From an uncultured Verrucomicrobiae bacterium (GTDB lineage: Bacteria; Verrucomicrobiota; Verrucomicrobiia; Chthoniobacterales; UBA10450): a stretch of 64,000 nt of DNA. The position numbers and the translations under genes were made by a program. The DNA is taken from contig CAWIBO010000001.1 in NCBI GenBank assembly GCA_963834385.1, positions 96,001 through 160,000 of the forward strand. Direction: 5' to 3'. Under the pieces are notes generated by a model. It did no database searches, was not told where the DNA came from, and saw nothing but the letters and a program-made list of their open reading frames with translations. Shown piece by piece: positions 32,783-45,012 of the stretch (position 1 is the stretch's first letter; every line of letters starts with the position of its first letter).

Positions 32783-33370
32783 TTACTTCGCGCCGGCCTT
32801 CGCCTTTTTGATCATGGCCAGGTGACCGCGCAGCGCCGGGAGCGACTTGGCCGCGAAAGCGCGGATGTCCTTGTCATCCCCGCTGGCGGCGTGCTTCTGG
32901 AAAAGCGCGATGTCCTTCTGGTGATGATCGGCCACCGCATCGAGAAAGACCTTGTCGAATCCCTGCGGGCTGATCTTGCCGGGTTTCATCGTCTGCGTCC
33001 CGATGCGCAGTCCCTTGCTCTCCGCGAGGGCGAGCAGGTCCTTGTTCATCTTTGTGTGGTCGGCCACGATGGCGGCGGCAACCCGCTTGGTTTCCGCGCT
33101 TTGCGCGTGCTGCTGTCCCAATTTGCCGAGCGCGATCTCCTCATCCCCGGCGGTGGCCGCCTTGAGCAGGAAATTCTTGTCCTTGTCGGTCATGGTCGGG
33201 GCGGCCTGCTTCTGGGCCGCGGGGGCGCGCTTGCGCAGGAACGGATTATCCGAGACGGAACTCGGATCAGTCTCCTGCTTGGCCTCCTCTTCCTGGTTCT
33301 GCGCGAGGGCCTGCCCGGAAATGCCGAGCGAAAGGACCAGCGCAGCCATCACTGCACGATTGATCTTCAT
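32783..33370 (-). CDS. Secreted DUF4142-like (ferritin-like fold) protein
   Basis: Signal peptide; DKNFLLKAA..EIALGKL, IVADH, FDKVFL..DHHQKDI, FAAKSLPALRGHL. Confidence 0.85.
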   Translation of the reverse strand: MKINRAVMAALVLSLGISGQALAQNQEEEAKQETDPSSVSDNPFLRKRAPAAQKQAAPTMTDKDKNFLLKAATAGDEEIALGKLGQQHAQSAETKRVAAAIVADHTKMNKDLLALAESKGLRIGTQTMKPGKISPQGFDKVFLDAVADHHQKDIALFQKHAASGDDKDIRAFAAKSLPALRGHLAMIKKAKAGAK

Positions 33371-33372
33371 GT

Positions 33373-34025
33373 TTACCTTTCTTTGTTGGTCTCGTTCCGA
33401 GACGTTTCAGCGTCGGAATTGGACGTGGCCGGTCTGGCCACATTCACTTCACGCGACGTTAACTTTATTTTGTTCCGGGCTTTTTTTACCAGCTCAAGAT
33501 GCCGCCGCAGGACGGGCAGCGTCTTCTCGGCGAATCGCTTCAGGTCCGCATCCTGCAACTCCCGGACTGCTTTCTCAAACTCGGCGATGTCCTGCCGGTG
33601 ATCCTCCTGGACAAGGTCGAGATACTCGCGGTCAAAATCGGACTCGCTCAGTTTCGGGAGCCGGGGGCGCCCCAGCGCCAACTCGATGCCTTTCTCCGAG
33701 GCCAGCGCGGCCAGTTCCCGGCTGACCCGGGCATGATCCTCCGCGATCTTCGCTCCCAGGCGCCGAATCTCCGCCGCGCGCGCCTGCTTTTCCGCCATCC
33801 GCCCCATCTCAATTTCAAGCAGGCTGTCCCGCCCCGCCTTGCGCAGAAAAGGACGGGCCGCGGGTCGACCGTTTGTCCGGCCGCTGGTGCCGGCCGGGAC
33901 GGGTCAACCGAACGAAGGTGCGGGGTGTCGCTTGGCGCCGGGCTCGCCGGCTGCGCCCGGATGCCCTCGCCGCCAAGGCAGAAGACGCCGCACGCTGCAA
34001 GGATGATCAGTTTGTTCCGTTTCAT
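33373..34025 (-). CDS. Second DUF4142-like protein (apparent frameshift ~33860)
   Basis: Signal peptide MKRNKLIILAAC in one frame; FLRKAGRDSLLEIEMGRMA...FDREYL..DHRQDI..FAEKTLPVLRRHL in another, which is closed upstream by a stop near 33905. Confidence 0.75.
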
Positions 34026-34104
34026 TTTTCCGCGGTTCAGCTCACCTGTTTTACGCGGGCAGAATCGACTCTGGCCGTCCTTTTCCTCGCCGGAAGATCC
34101 ACCG

Positions 34105-35520
34105 TTAGCCGGCCTCCGGCGCGCGGGCATAGGAACTCTCCACCCGCGCGGCCACATCCCGGTAGCCGTAGTCAGCCTCGTAAATTTGTTTCATGCAGGC
34201 AATCGACCGGGCCGTGTCCCCCATCCGCTCGTGGACCAGGCCGAGGTTGTAGATGATCTCCTTTTTCAACAGGTCCATCGGGATGATCTCTTTGGCCGCG
34301 TCCTCCAGCTGTTTCGCCGCCAGATCGAACATTTCCAGTTCCGCGTAGGATTGCCCGAGAAGATTCATGGCCTTCAGACGGGCGTTGGGATTCTGTCGCG
34401 CGCGCTGCAGTTCCGGCAGGGCCTCCCGATGGCGGCCGGCCCGTGCCAGCTGCTCTCCCAGCTCAAAGCGAAGCTGCAGGTCGGTCGGGTTTCGTTCCAC
34501 CCGCTTTTGCGCCTCGGCAATCACCGCCTCGTCCCGCTGGCGCCGCGCCGCTTCCAGGGCCGCTGCGTGTTCCGCATATCCCTCCGCCCCGGCCTTCATT
34601 TGCTCCAGGGCCGCCGCGTGCGCCGCAATCTCCTCCTCGACCTTCTTCATCCCCAGGCTCTCCACCTTCCGGACCAGGCCGGTGTCAGCGTTGCCGGTCA
34701 ACTCGGCCGCATAGCGAAACCAGGCAACCGCGTTTGTCAGGTCGCCTTTTTGCTCGTAAAGCGCGCCCAGCCGGCGGGCGTGGTCGATGTTCGCCTGGTC
34801 GCCCTCGTGCCGCGCATACGCCTCCGCGATCTGCTGATCAATCGATTCATCTGAAAGGGTCAGCCGGCTCTGCTGTTCCAGGGAAACCGCGGCTTCCTTG
34901 TCCCGGATCAGGTCGCGATAACTCTCCGCCTGGGTCCAGCCGCCGCTTTGCATGGAGGCGCGCGCGGAGGCATCCTTGCCCCGACGGGAGGCCTCGGCGT
35001 CGGTCGGATCAATCTCAATGATCCGGTTGTAGATCTCGACCTCCTCGTCGTTCCGGCCCATCTCGTGCAGGAGCGCTCCCAGCTCATGCAGGAGCTTGGT
35101 CTCCCGCGGGCTTTCCTCCAGCAGCGTTTCCAGGGCGAGGACGCCGATCTCCGGCCAGCCGGCCGCCACCGCCGCTTCCTTCAGGGCCAGATTGGCCTGG
35201 CGATTCAACGGTTCATCCTCCAGGACCTTTTCCAGCAGTTCGATCGCGCGCGGCGCATCCTTCCGGATCTCGCGCTGCGCCTTCATTACCGAGACCGACG
35301 CGGTGGAGAGGTTGAAAAAACTTTTCTTGGTCGCCTTGAACTTCGTGATCTCGGTTCGCCGCAGCAGCTGGCGCCCGGTCAAAAACTGGGGCTCCTGTTT
35401 CAGGATCGTCTGGAGGAGCGAAATGGCGTAGTCGAAGTTTCGCAGCTCGAGGGCGGCCATCGCTTTCAGCCAGGCGCTTCGCTGTGCCTCTCCCAGTTCC
35501 TTTTCGCTGATGATCGCCAT
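34105..35520 (-). CDS. Cytoplasmic TPR-repeat protein
   Basis: Repeated TPR-like helices (LG..Y..G...A); no signal peptide; directly downstream of mutS. Confidence 0.85.
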   Translation of the reverse strand: MAIISEKELGEAQRSAWLKAMAALELRNFDYAISLLQTILKQEPQFLTGRQLLRRTEITKFKATKKSFFNLSTASVSVMKAQREIRKDAPRAIELLEKVLEDEPLNRQANLALKEAAVAAGWPEIGVLALETLLEESPRETKLLHELGALLHEMGRNDEEVEIYNRIIEIDPTDAEASRRGKDASARASMQSGGWTQAESYRDLIRDKEAAVSLEQQSRLTLSDESIDQQIAEAYARHEGDQANIDHARRLGALYEQKGDLTNAVAWFRYAAELTGNADTGLVRKVESLGMKKVEEEIAAHAAALEQMKAGAEGYAEHAAALEAARRQRDEAVIAEAQKRVERNPTDLQLRFELGEQLARAGRHREALPELQRARQNPNARLKAMNLLGQSYAELEMFDLAAKQLEDAAKEIIPMDLLKKEIIYNLGLVHERMGDTARSIACMKQIYEADYGYRDVAARVESSYARAPEAG

Positions 35521-35534
35521 GCCTTGCTACTCTA

Positions 35535-38042
35535 TCACAGGAGATCGAGCTGCGGCTTTTCTCTCGGCGTCGGCATGCTCTTCGCCCGCTTCTTCGTTTT
35601 TTTTGCCGGCTCGGCCGCGCCATTTCGCGGCGCCTCGAGATGCTCCAAAATCTCGCGCGCCCGCTCCAGGAGGGGCCGCGGCAGGCCTGCCAGACGGGCC
35701 ACCTGGATGCCATAGCTTCGGTCCGCGCCGCCCGGGACGATCCGGCGCAGGAAAATGATCTGCTCGTTCCATTCCCGCACCGCCACGTTGAGGTTGCAGA
35801 CGCCGCTGCGCTGCTCCGCCAGCTTGGTCAGCTCATGATAGTGCGTGGCAAAAAGCGTCCGGGCCCGGATCTTGTCGTGCAGGAATTCCGCCACGCTCCA
35901 GGCAATGGAAAGACCGTCGAAGGTGGAGGTGCCCCGCCCGATCTCGTCGAGGATGACGAGGCTGCGCGCGGTCGCGTTGTTCACGATGTTGGCCGTTTCG
36001 TTCATCTCCACCATGAAGGTTGACTGGCCCCGCGAGAGGTCGTCGCTCGCTCCCACGCGCGTGAAAATCCGGTCGACCAGCCCAATCTCCGCGCTGGTCG
36101 CCGGGACAAAGCTGCCGACCTGGGCGAGGAGGACAATAAGCGCGACCTGCCGGATGTAGGTGGATTTTCCCGCCATGTTCGGACCGGTGATGAGAGCCAG
36201 CCGCACCTTGTCACCATCGAGGAGGGTGTCGTTGGGGACAAATTTCTCCTCGGCCAGGTTCTGGTCGAGCACGGGATGGCGCCCATCCTTGATCTCAAGG
36301 CGGAGGGACTCGTTCAGGCGGGGCCGGCAATAATGAAAAAGGCGGGCGGTCTCCGCCAGGCCCGCCAGCGCATCCAGGATGGCGATGGCCTCGCCCGTTT
36401 GCTGCAGCATCGCCACGTGCGCAAGCGTCTCCTCGCGGAGATCCTGGAAGAGCTGGTGTTCCAGGTGGCGCGCCTTTTCCTCCGCGCCCAGGATCCGGGC
36501 TTCCACTTCCTTCAATTCCGGGGTGATGAAGCGCTCTCCGCCCACGGTGGTCTGCTTGCGCGTGTAGCGTTCCGGCACCGCCCCGAGGTTGGCCTTGGTC
36601 ACCTCGATGAAATATCCAAAGACGGAATTGAACCGCACCTTGAGGGACTTGATCCCGGTCTCGGCGATCTCACGTTCCTGCAGCTCGGTGATCCAGTTCT
36701 TCCCCTCGCGCGAAGCCTGTCGCAGCTCGTCGAGGGCGGAGTCAACGCCATCACGAAAGATCCCGCCCTCCTTTAAGGGAAAAGGCGGATCCTCCACGAG
36801 GGCTTTCGCCAGCCGCGTCGCCAGCTCCGGCATTTCCTCGATCTGCTCCTGCAAGGCCTGGCCCAGCGTCCGCGGCCGCTCCGGCGTTTCGCGCACACCA
36901 AAGGCAAGGCGGTCAAGCAGCCTGCCCAGCGCTGTCTTCAGGCGCGGAATTTCCTCGAGCGAGACGCGCAGGGCGACAAGGTCGCGGGCGTTTCCCGACG
37001 CCTGGCTCAGCCGGCCGGTGGCGCGTTCGATGTCCCGCATGGCCCGAAGCGCCTCGCGCAACTCGGCCAGGACGTCGGCCTCCTGCAAAAGGTCGGCGAT
37101 CAGCTGCTGCCGGCGCTCCAGTTCGTCCAGCCGGCGCAACGGTTGCAGCAGCCAGGCCCGCAGCTTGCGCCCTCCCATCGGGGTAATTGTCCGGTCCACC
37201 GCGGCCAGCAGGCTCATGTCCCGCACGCCGCGGGATGTCACCAGCTCGAGATTCGCCTGCGTGGCCGCGTCCAGCAAAACCCTTTCTCCCGTGACCGCAC
37301 AGCGCAGGGTCGAGACATGGTCGCAGTTGCGCCGCAATTCGTTCTTTACGTAGTGCAGAATGGCGCCGGCGGCGCCGGTGGCCCGGGCCATGGCCCCGCA
37401 GCCAAACCCATCCAGGCTCTTGACCTTGAAATGCTCGCACAGGGCAAAGCGGGCGTGCTCCGGCAGAAACACGTAATCTTCGCAGGCGACCAGCCCGCGA
37501 AAATCGTTGAAGTCCTGCCGTTGCCCTTCCATCACCAGCAGCTCCGAGGGTGAGATGCGGGCGAGCTCGTCAAGGGCGGCCGCCTTGTTCTCCGCCTCGG
37601 TCAGGACAAATTCCCCCGTGGTCAGGTCCAGCCAGGCCAGGCCATAACCCCCACCGTCGCCCGTGACCGCGGCGAGATAGTTGGCCCGTTTGGCCTCCAG
37701 CAGGTCGAGATCGCTGACCGTGCCCGCGCTGATAATTTGGGTGATGTCGCGCGAGACGATCCGCCCCGGCTGCGCCTCGCTCGTCTGGTCGCAGACCGCC
37801 ACCCTTTTGCCGGCCTTGATCAGTTTCGCCATGTAATTCTGCGCCGCGTGATATGGGACGCCGCACATCGGGACGCCGTTTCGCTTCGTCAGCGCGACGT
37901 TCAGCAGGCCGGAGGCTTCGCGCGCGTCCTCGAAAAACAGCTCATAGAAATCGCCCAGCCGGAACAGGAGCAGCGTGTCCGCCGGGATGCTGGCGCGCAA
38001 CCGCTGGTACTGCTGCATCATCGGCGTGAGGCTGTCGGCCAT
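35535..38042 (-). CDS. mutS: DNA mismatch repair protein MutS
   Basis: TPMMQQY, GDFYELF, TGPNMAGKST, STFMVEM, DEIGRGTST, SYGIQVA; C-terminal QLDLL clamp-binding-like motif. Confidence 0.97.
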   Translation of the reverse strand: MADSLTPMMQQYQRLRASIPADTLLLFRLGDFYELFFEDAREASGLLNVALTKRNGVPMCGVPYHAAQNYMAKLIKAGKRVAVCDQTSEAQPGRIVSRDITQIISAGTVSDLDLLEAKRANYLAAVTGDGGGYGLAWLDLTTGEFVLTEAENKAAALDELARISPSELLVMEGQRQDFNDFRGLVACEDYVFLPEHARFALCEHFKVKSLDGFGCGAMARATGAAGAILHYVKNELRRNCDHVSTLRCAVTGERVLLDAATQANLELVTSRGVRDMSLLAAVDRTITPMGGRKLRAWLLQPLRRLDELERRQQLIADLLQEADVLAELREALRAMRDIERATGRLSQASGNARDLVALRVSLEEIPRLKTALGRLLDRLAFGVRETPERPRTLGQALQEQIEEMPELATRLAKALVEDPPFPLKEGGIFRDGVDSALDELRQASREGKNWITELQEREIAETGIKSLKVRFNSVFGYFIEVTKANLGAVPERYTRKQTTVGGERFITPELKEVEARILGAEEKARHLEHQLFQDLREETLAHVAMLQQTGEAIAILDALAGLAETARLFHYCRPRLNESLRLEIKDGRHPVLDQNLAEEKFVPNDTLLDGDKVRLALITGPNMAGKSTYIRQVALIVLLAQVGSFVPATSAEIGLVDRIFTRVGASDDLSRGQSTFMVEMNETANIVNNATARSLVILDEIGRGTSTFDGLSIAWSVAEFLHDKIRARTLFATHYHELTKLAEQRSGVCNLNVAVREWNEQIIFLRRIVPGGADRSYGIQVARLAGLPRPLLERAREILEHLEAPRNGAAEPAKKTKKRAKSMPTPREKPQLDLL

Positions 38043-38132
38043 CCGGAAAGTCTTAAATCCCGCGGGGGCAAATGCCAGCCGGGAGTTGGTCGCCCGGTTG
38101 ATTTCCACCCCCGCGCCGTCGAGTTTTCCCTC

Positions 38133-38504
38133 ATGGAGACCCCCGGCGCCGCTCTCAACTACAAGATCGGCAATGAAAAGCTGATCAAGGTGACGGAGAG
38201 CGCCTCCCGCAAACTCACCTCCCTGCTCGACCGCCAGGGCCGGCCGCAGGGAGCTCTGCGCGTCGCGGTCATCGGCGGCGGCTGCTCCGGCCTCCAGTAC
38301 AAGATGGACCTGGTCGATGGCCCGGCCCAGCGCGACATCATGGTCCTCTCGGAGAACGTCCGCGTGGTGGTGGATCCCAAGAGCGCCCTTTTTGTCAGCG
38401 GTTCCCAGCTCGATTTCAGCGACGACCTGCAAAAAGGCGGTTTCAAGGTGACAAACCCGAACGCGGTCGCGCATTGCTCCTGCGGCGAGAGCTTCTCGGC
38501 GTGA
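38133..38504 (+). CDS. iscA: A-type Fe-S cluster carrier (IscA/HesB family)
   Basis: GGCSG and CSCGESF motifs. Confidence 0.93.
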   Translation: METPGAALNYKIGNEKLIKVTESASRKLTSLLDRQGRPQGALRVAVIGGGCSGLQYKMDLVDGPAQRDIMVLSENVRVVVDPKSALFVSGSQLDFSDDLQKGGFKVTNPNAVAHCSCGESFSA

Positions 38505-39058
38505 CCGATTTTTTCGCGCTGCTCGGGCAACCGCGCCAGCCCTGGCTGGACCCCGGTGAGTTGAAAGCGCGCTTTCACGAACTGGCGCGCGTGGCCCATC
38601 CCGACGCCGGCCAGCAGACGGACTCCGTTTTTCGCGACCTGAGCGAGGCCTATGAAACCCTGGCCGATCCCAAACGGCGCCTGCACCATCTTCTCACGCT
38701 CGCGGGCGCGCCGCCCCCGGGGGGCGCCGGCCCGGTTCCGCCCGACCTCGGTTCGATTTTTTCCCGGCTCGGGACGACCCTGATGGAAACGCAGCAGCAT
38801 CTTCGGCAAAAGGCGGCGGTTACGTCGCCCCTGGGCCGTTCGGTGCTCGCAGGCACGGAAGCGGCCCTGCGTTCCCGCTTGTCGGGATTAAAGGAGGAAC
38901 TAAGTCGGGCCGAGGATGACGCCCTGCAGAATTTGAAGAAAGAGAACGAGGCGGCGGCGCTCCGGCCTGCGGTCCTTGGTCCCCTCTACCAGCGTCTTTC
39001 TTATCTCAGCCGCTGGCGCGACCAGGTCGAGGAGCAGCTCTACGGGCTCGATTCCTGA
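38501..39058 (+). CDS. hscB: HscB-like J-domain co-chaperone
   Basis: DFFALLG, HPD, AYETLADP; GTG start overlaps the iscA stop. Symbol rests partly on context. Confidence 0.78.
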   Translation: MTDFFALLGQPRQPWLDPGELKARFHELARVAHPDAGQQTDSVFRDLSEAYETLADPKRRLHHLLTLAGAPPPGGAGPVPPDLGSIFSRLGTTLMETQQHLRQKAAVTSPLGRSVLAGTEAALRSRLSGLKEELSRAEDDALQNLKKENEAAALRPAVLGPLYQRLSYLSRWRDQVEEQLYGLDS

Positions 39059-39063
39059 AGACA

Positions 39064-39077
39064 TGTTCATTTGAACT
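39064..39077. promoter_or_regulatory. LexA (SOS) box upstream of lexA
   Basis: TGTTC-ATTT-GAACT, one mismatch to the Verrucomicrobia-type TGTTC-N4-GAACA motif, 36 bp before the lexA ATG. Confidence 0.8.
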
Positions 39078-39113
39078 TGCCGGGGCGGGAAGGGTGGCGC
39101 ATGGTTCCCCACC

Positions 39114-39728
39114 ATGCTAACCGAGCGGCAACAGCGCGTGCTCGAGTTCATCCAGAACGAACAGCGCGAGAAAGGGCTCACCCCGAGCACCCGCGAAATC
39201 CAAAGCCACTTCCGCTTTGCGAGCCAGACCTCGGTCATGCAATACCTCGCCGTGCTCGAACGGAAAGGCTTTCTCGACCGCCACGCGCGCAAAGCACGGG
39301 GGTTGGTGACACCGGGACAAAAGGCCCGGATCGCGGACATTCCGATCTACGGCCAGATTCCCGCCGGCATGGCCTCTCTCCAGGAACAGGAACCGGAAGG
39401 GCATCTTTGTCTGGACGCCGTTTCCGCCAACCTGGGCCGCCACCGAAGGACCTTTGCCCTGCGGGTGCGGGGCGATTCCATGATCGGCGCCCATATCCTG
39501 GATGGGGACCTCGTCGTTTTGGAGGACCGGAAAGACGCACGCCACGGGGATGTGGTGGCGGCCTTGATCGATGGCGAGACGACGCTGAAGCGCTATGTGG
39601 TCGAGCGCGGCCGGCCTTATCTCCGGGCGGAGAACCCGGCCTTTCCGGACCTGATCCCGGCCCGCGAACTTGTGGTGCAGGGCGTGATGACCTCGCTGGT
39701 GCGAAGACAGCCCGGCGCAAAAAAGTAG
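39114..39728 (+). CDS. lexA: SOS repressor LexA
   Basis: [15 protein letters not shown], Ala-Gly cleavage site (IPAG), GDSM serine, TLK lysine. Confidence 0.96.
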   Translation: MLTERQQRVLEFIQNEQREKGLTPSTREIQSHFRFASQTSVMQYLAVLERKGFLDRHARKARGLVTPGQKARIADIPIYGQIPAGMASLQEQEPEGHLCLDAVSANLGRHRRTFALRVRGDSMIGAHILDGDLVVLEDRKDARHGDVVAALIDGETTLKRYVVERGRPYLRAENPAFPDLIPARELVVQGVMTSLVRRQPGAKK

Positions 39729-39786
39729 ACGCACGCCGTCGCTTGAGGTGTTAATGACGCCGGGAGGCGCCGCCTCTTTTTTCGCC

Positions 39787-40920
<1,134 letters not shown>

Positions 40921-41012
40921 GGCCCGGCACGCCCGCTACTTGCGTAAATTTTGGCTTGCCCTTTGGCGGCCGGGCGGGTTAAAACAAAACAAACCCCCAC
41001 CCCCCCACCATC

Positions 41013-41651
41013 ATGAATCAACGATTGCTCAGCGAAATAGGCCGGACCCAGCGCCTCGAAATTCTTAACTCCCTCAAGCGCACTAAAGGCATGTCCGTGA
41101 ACGAGATGGTGCGAAAAATGGGCATGAGCTACATGGGCATCAAGCAGCATTGCCTGACTCTCCAGAAAGACGGTTACCTCGACACCTGGCGCCGTCCCCA
41201 GAAAATGGGCCGGCCAGAGATGGTTTACCGGCTGACCCCCCGCTCCCACGACCTCTTCCAGAGCGATACAAACTCCTTCACCCTCGATCTTCTCGAGTCG
41301 ATCAAGGAAATCTACGGTCCCAACGCGCCGGAAAAGCTCCTTTACACCCTCTTCGAGAAGAAAACCGCCGCGCTCAAACCCAAGGTCAAGGGCGACACCG
41401 TCCCCGACCGGGCCAGGGCTTTGGCCAAGCTCCGGGATCAGGACGGGTACATGTCCGAGTTCACCACCACCATGGAGGGCGGACCGCAGGTCCTGGAATG
41501 CCATTCCCCCATCATGAACGTTCTCGAGCGTTACCCGATCATCGGCCGTTTTGAACAGGAGATGTTCGAAAACCTGCTTCGGACCCCGGTTCGCCGGGAA
41601 CAGGCCCGCGAATCAGGCCAGTACGAGTGCGCCTTTTATTTCGCAGCCTGA
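41013..41651 (+). CDS. Winged-helix transcriptional regulator, SufR-like
   Basis: N-terminal HTH with GIKQH..L..DG and GRP..VYRLT; C-terminal ECHSPI and ECAF. Confidence 0.72.
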   Translation: MNQRLLSEIGRTQRLEILNSLKRTKGMSVNEMVRKMGMSYMGIKQHCLTLQKDGYLDTWRRPQKMGRPEMVYRLTPRSHDLFQSDTNSFTLDLLESIKEIYGPNAPEKLLYTLFEKKTAALKPKVKGDTVPDRARALAKLRDQDGYMSEFTTTMEGGPQVLECHSPIMNVLERYPIIGRFEQEMFENLLRTPVRREQARESGQYECAFYFAA

Positions 41652-41709
41652 AGATCCTCTGACGGATTTTTACTTTCGTCGCGCGCGAATCTCGTTTGAT
41701 TGAAGGCCC

Positions 41710-43693
41710 ATGCGCCGGGCCTTTCCCACTGCGGTCATCGAGAACCTCCAGCCGCTGGTGGATGGGGGACGCTATCCCGTCAAGCGCGTGGCCGGCGACG
41801 ACCTCGCGGTGGAGGCCGACATTTTCAAGGATGGTCACGACATCGTCGCGGCGGTTCTGAAATGGCGGAAGCTGGGTGAAGCCGCCTGGCACGAAACGCC
41901 GATGGGGCATTTCGACAACGACCGCTGGCGGGGAATCTGCACCCTTTACGAAAACACCACCTACGAATACACGGTGGAGGCCTGGGCCGACACTTTCCGC
42001 GGGTGGCAGCACGAATTCTCGGCCAAGTTCAAGGCCGGCCTGGTTGATCTGCAAAGCGAGGCTCTGGAAGGAGCCGCGCTCATCGAGGCGGCCTCCCGCC
42101 GCGCCACCCGCCCCGAGGATGCCACGCGCCTGCGCGAACTCTCCGAGCTGATTCGCACCAGCGACAACGCCGAGATCGACCACGTCGCCCATGCGGGCGA
42201 GCTCGAGGTGCTCATGGCCGCCCATCCTGACCGTTCCTCCGCCACCCAATACGCCCCGGCGCCACGCGTCGTGGTCGATCGACCGGCGGCCCGCTTCGCC
42301 GCCTGGTACGAGTTTTTTCCGCGCTCGGCCGGCGGCCAGGGCGACCGCGGGTCCTCTTTCCGCGATTGTTTGCCGCGTTTGGACGATGCCCGGGCCATGG
42401 GATTTGATGTCGTCTATTTTCCTCCCATCCATCCCATCGGGGAAACGAACCGGAAAGGCCGGAACAATTCCGTCACGAGCCAGCCGGGCGAGCCGGGCGT
42501 GCCCTACGCGATCGGAAACCATCGGCAGGGAGTGAACGGCGGCGGACACAAGGACGTCGCGCCCGAGCTGGGAACGCTGGAGGATTTCGCCTGGCTGACG
42601 GAGGAGGTGCACGCGCGCGGGATGGAGATCGCCCTCGATTTCGCCATCAACTGTTCTCCCGATCATCCCTACGTGCGGGATCATCCCGAATGGTTTTACA
42701 AGCGTCCTGACGGCACCATCAAATACGCGGAGAACCCGCCGAAAAAATACGAGGACATCTATCCGCTGAATTTCGCCTGCGAAAACTGGCGCGAACTCTG
42801 GGACGAGATGACCAGCATCATCCTTTTCTGGGCCGAGCGCGATGTCCGCATCTTCCGGGTGGATAATCCGCACACCAAGCCGGTCGCCTTCTGGGAATAT
42901 CTCATCGCCACGGTGCGGGCCCGGTTTCCCGACGCCATCTTCCTCTCCGAGGCTTTTACCAAGCCAAAGATGATGAAAGGGCTGGCCAAGGCGGGCTTCA
43001 GCCAGAGCTACACCTATTTCACCTGGCGCACGGGCAAGACGGAACTGGTCGGAATATTTCACCGAGCTGACCCAGACCGCGATGCGCGAATATTTTCGCG
43101 GCAATCTTTGGCCGAACACACCGGACATTCTCCCTTTTCATCTGCAGACCGGCGGTCGCCCGGTGTTCCAGGCGCGGGCGGTCATGGCGGCGACGCTCTC
43201 TTCCGTCTACGGCATCTACAGCGGCTTTGAGCTGTGCGAAAACGCCGCGCTGCCCGGTCGCGAGGAATATCTCGATTCCGAGAAGTATCAATGGAAGGAG
43301 CGGGACTGGGATGCCCCGGGCAATATCAAGGACCTGATCACGGCGCTGAACCGGATCCGGCGCGAGAACCGCGCCCTTCAGGCCTACGAAAACCTGCGGT
43401 TCCATCCGATCGACAACGATTCCATTCTTTTCTACAGCAAGGCGACTCCCGCGCTGGATAACATCATCCTCGTGGCGGTGAACCTGGACCCGGACATGAA
43501 ACAGAGCGGCCATGTGCAGGTGCCGCTGGCGCAGTTCGGCCTGGCCGAGCAGGAGGAATATCAGGTGCACGATCTCCTCACCGATACGCGCTACCAGTGG
43601 CGCGGGAGCCGCAACTACATCGAGCTCGATCCCCGGCAGCAACCGGTCCATCTCTTCCGTCTCCGCCGCTGGACCGGGGCCCGCTTCGCCTGA
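41710..43693 (+). CDS. glgE: Alpha-1,4-glucan:maltose-1-phosphate maltosyltransferase (apparent frameshift ~43051)
   Basis: WYEFFPRS, PPIHPIG, AENPPKKYEDIYP, FRVDNPHTKP, QSYTYFTWR, then after a +1 shift PNTPDIL and DSEKYQ. Confidence 0.92.
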
Positions 43694-43782
43694 TTGAATA
43701 GAGAGGCCGCGCCGTCCGACCAACCCTGGTCGCCGTTTGCATCCCTCCGGTGACGGCCTATGCTTTGCGCATCCTCACCGGC

Positions 43783-44556
43783 ATGAAAAAGTTCTTTCTG
43801 CTTATCGCAGCGTCGGCGAGTGCAACGCCGCTCCTCGCCCAGACTCCTGATCCGGCCGCGCCCGACCTCCCCAAGGCCGCTTCCATCCTCGATGCCATGA
43901 TTGCGGCGGGCCCGGTCATGGGGGTTCTCGTCGCCATGTCGATTTTCTCCGTCATGATGGTGATCGTCTTCCTCCTCACCATTCGCCGCGGCGCCATGGT
44001 CTCAAATGGCTACATGGCCACCGCGGAGGCGCTTTTGCGCAAGCGGGATTACCTCGGTCTCCTCGCCGTCTCCAACCGACACAGCGAGGCCATCGCCCGC
44101 ATCGTCCAGCGCATCCTCGATTTCACGACCAAGAACCCGAGTGCCGACATTGTCCAGGTCCGGGAAATCGCGCAGACGGAAGGGAGCCGGATCGCCGCCG
44201 CGCTCAACAACAAGGTGACCTACCTGGCCGATATCGGCATGATCGCGCCGCTCGTCGGATTGCTCGGCACCGTCATTGGCATCATTCGTTCCTTCGGCGC
44301 CCTCGGAGCCGACCTGGGCTCCGCCCGCTACGCCATGCTTTCGCGCGGCATCAGTGAGGCGCTGATCAACACCTCCGCCGGCCTCGCCATCGGCATCCCG
44401 GCCATGATCGCCTACGCCTTTTTCCGCGGGCGCGCCCACCGTCTCATTTCCGACCTGGAAGGCGCCTCCGCCCACGTGGTGGCGCTCTTTTCCCTGCATT
44501 ACTCCTCCGCGAGGAAGCCGGAACGTTCGCCTGTCCTGATCGAGGATGAATTTTGA
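43783..44556 (+). CDS. MotA/TolQ/ExbB proton channel protein
   Basis: APLVGLLGTVIGII, GISEALINTSAGL. Confidence 0.93.
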   Translation: MKKFFLLIAASASATPLLAQTPDPAAPDLPKAASILDAMIAAGPVMGVLVAMSIFSVMMVIVFLLTIRRGAMVSNGYMATAEALLRKRDYLGLLAVSNRHSEAIARIVQRILDFTTKNPSADIVQVREIAQTEGSRIAAALNNKVTYLADIGMIAPLVGLLGTVIGIIRSFGALGADLGSARYAMLSRGISEALINTSAGLAIGIPAMIAYAFFRGRAHRLISDLEGASAHVVALFSLHYSSARKPERSPVLIEDEF

Positions 44557-44604
44557 ACGGCGGCGGCCTTTCAAATTTCCCAACTGTAACCCTTTAACCG
44601 CCCT

Positions 44605-45012
44605 GTGAATTTTCGTAGCCGCGTCGCCACCCAGCACCCCGGCATCCAGCTCGCCCCGCTGGTCGACGTTCTCTTTCTGCTCCTGATCTTTTTTCTCATG
44701 ACGTGGAACGCCGCCCGCACCGAGAATGAACTCGACGTCAAGATTCCGAAGGCGGCCGCGGCCCAGGAAAAAACCCGCCCGATTGGCGACGTAGTCGTGA
44801 ACGTCAAGGCGGATGGATCGGTCGTGGTCAATCGGCGCACCCTCAACGGACCGGAACTGGCGGACTTGCTGCGCGGCCTTGTCCAGTTGAGCGCCGACCA
44901 GGCCGTGGTCATCCGCGGGGACGAGGCCGGCGCCTACAAGCACATCGTCAGCGTGCTGAATATCTGCAGTGAAGCCGGCGTGACCAACGTCGCCTTTGCC
45001 ACGGCCAAATGA
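44605..45012 (+). CDS. ExbD/TolR family protein
   Basis: LAPLVDVLFLLLIFF with the conserved Asp; VVIRGD. Confidence 0.93.
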   Translation: MNFRSRVATQHPGIQLAPLVDVLFLLLIFFLMTWNAARTENELDVKIPKAAAAQEKTRPIGDVVVNVKADGSVVVNRRTLNGPELADLLRGLVQLSADQAVVIRGDEAGAYKHIVSVLNICSEAGVTNVAFATAK

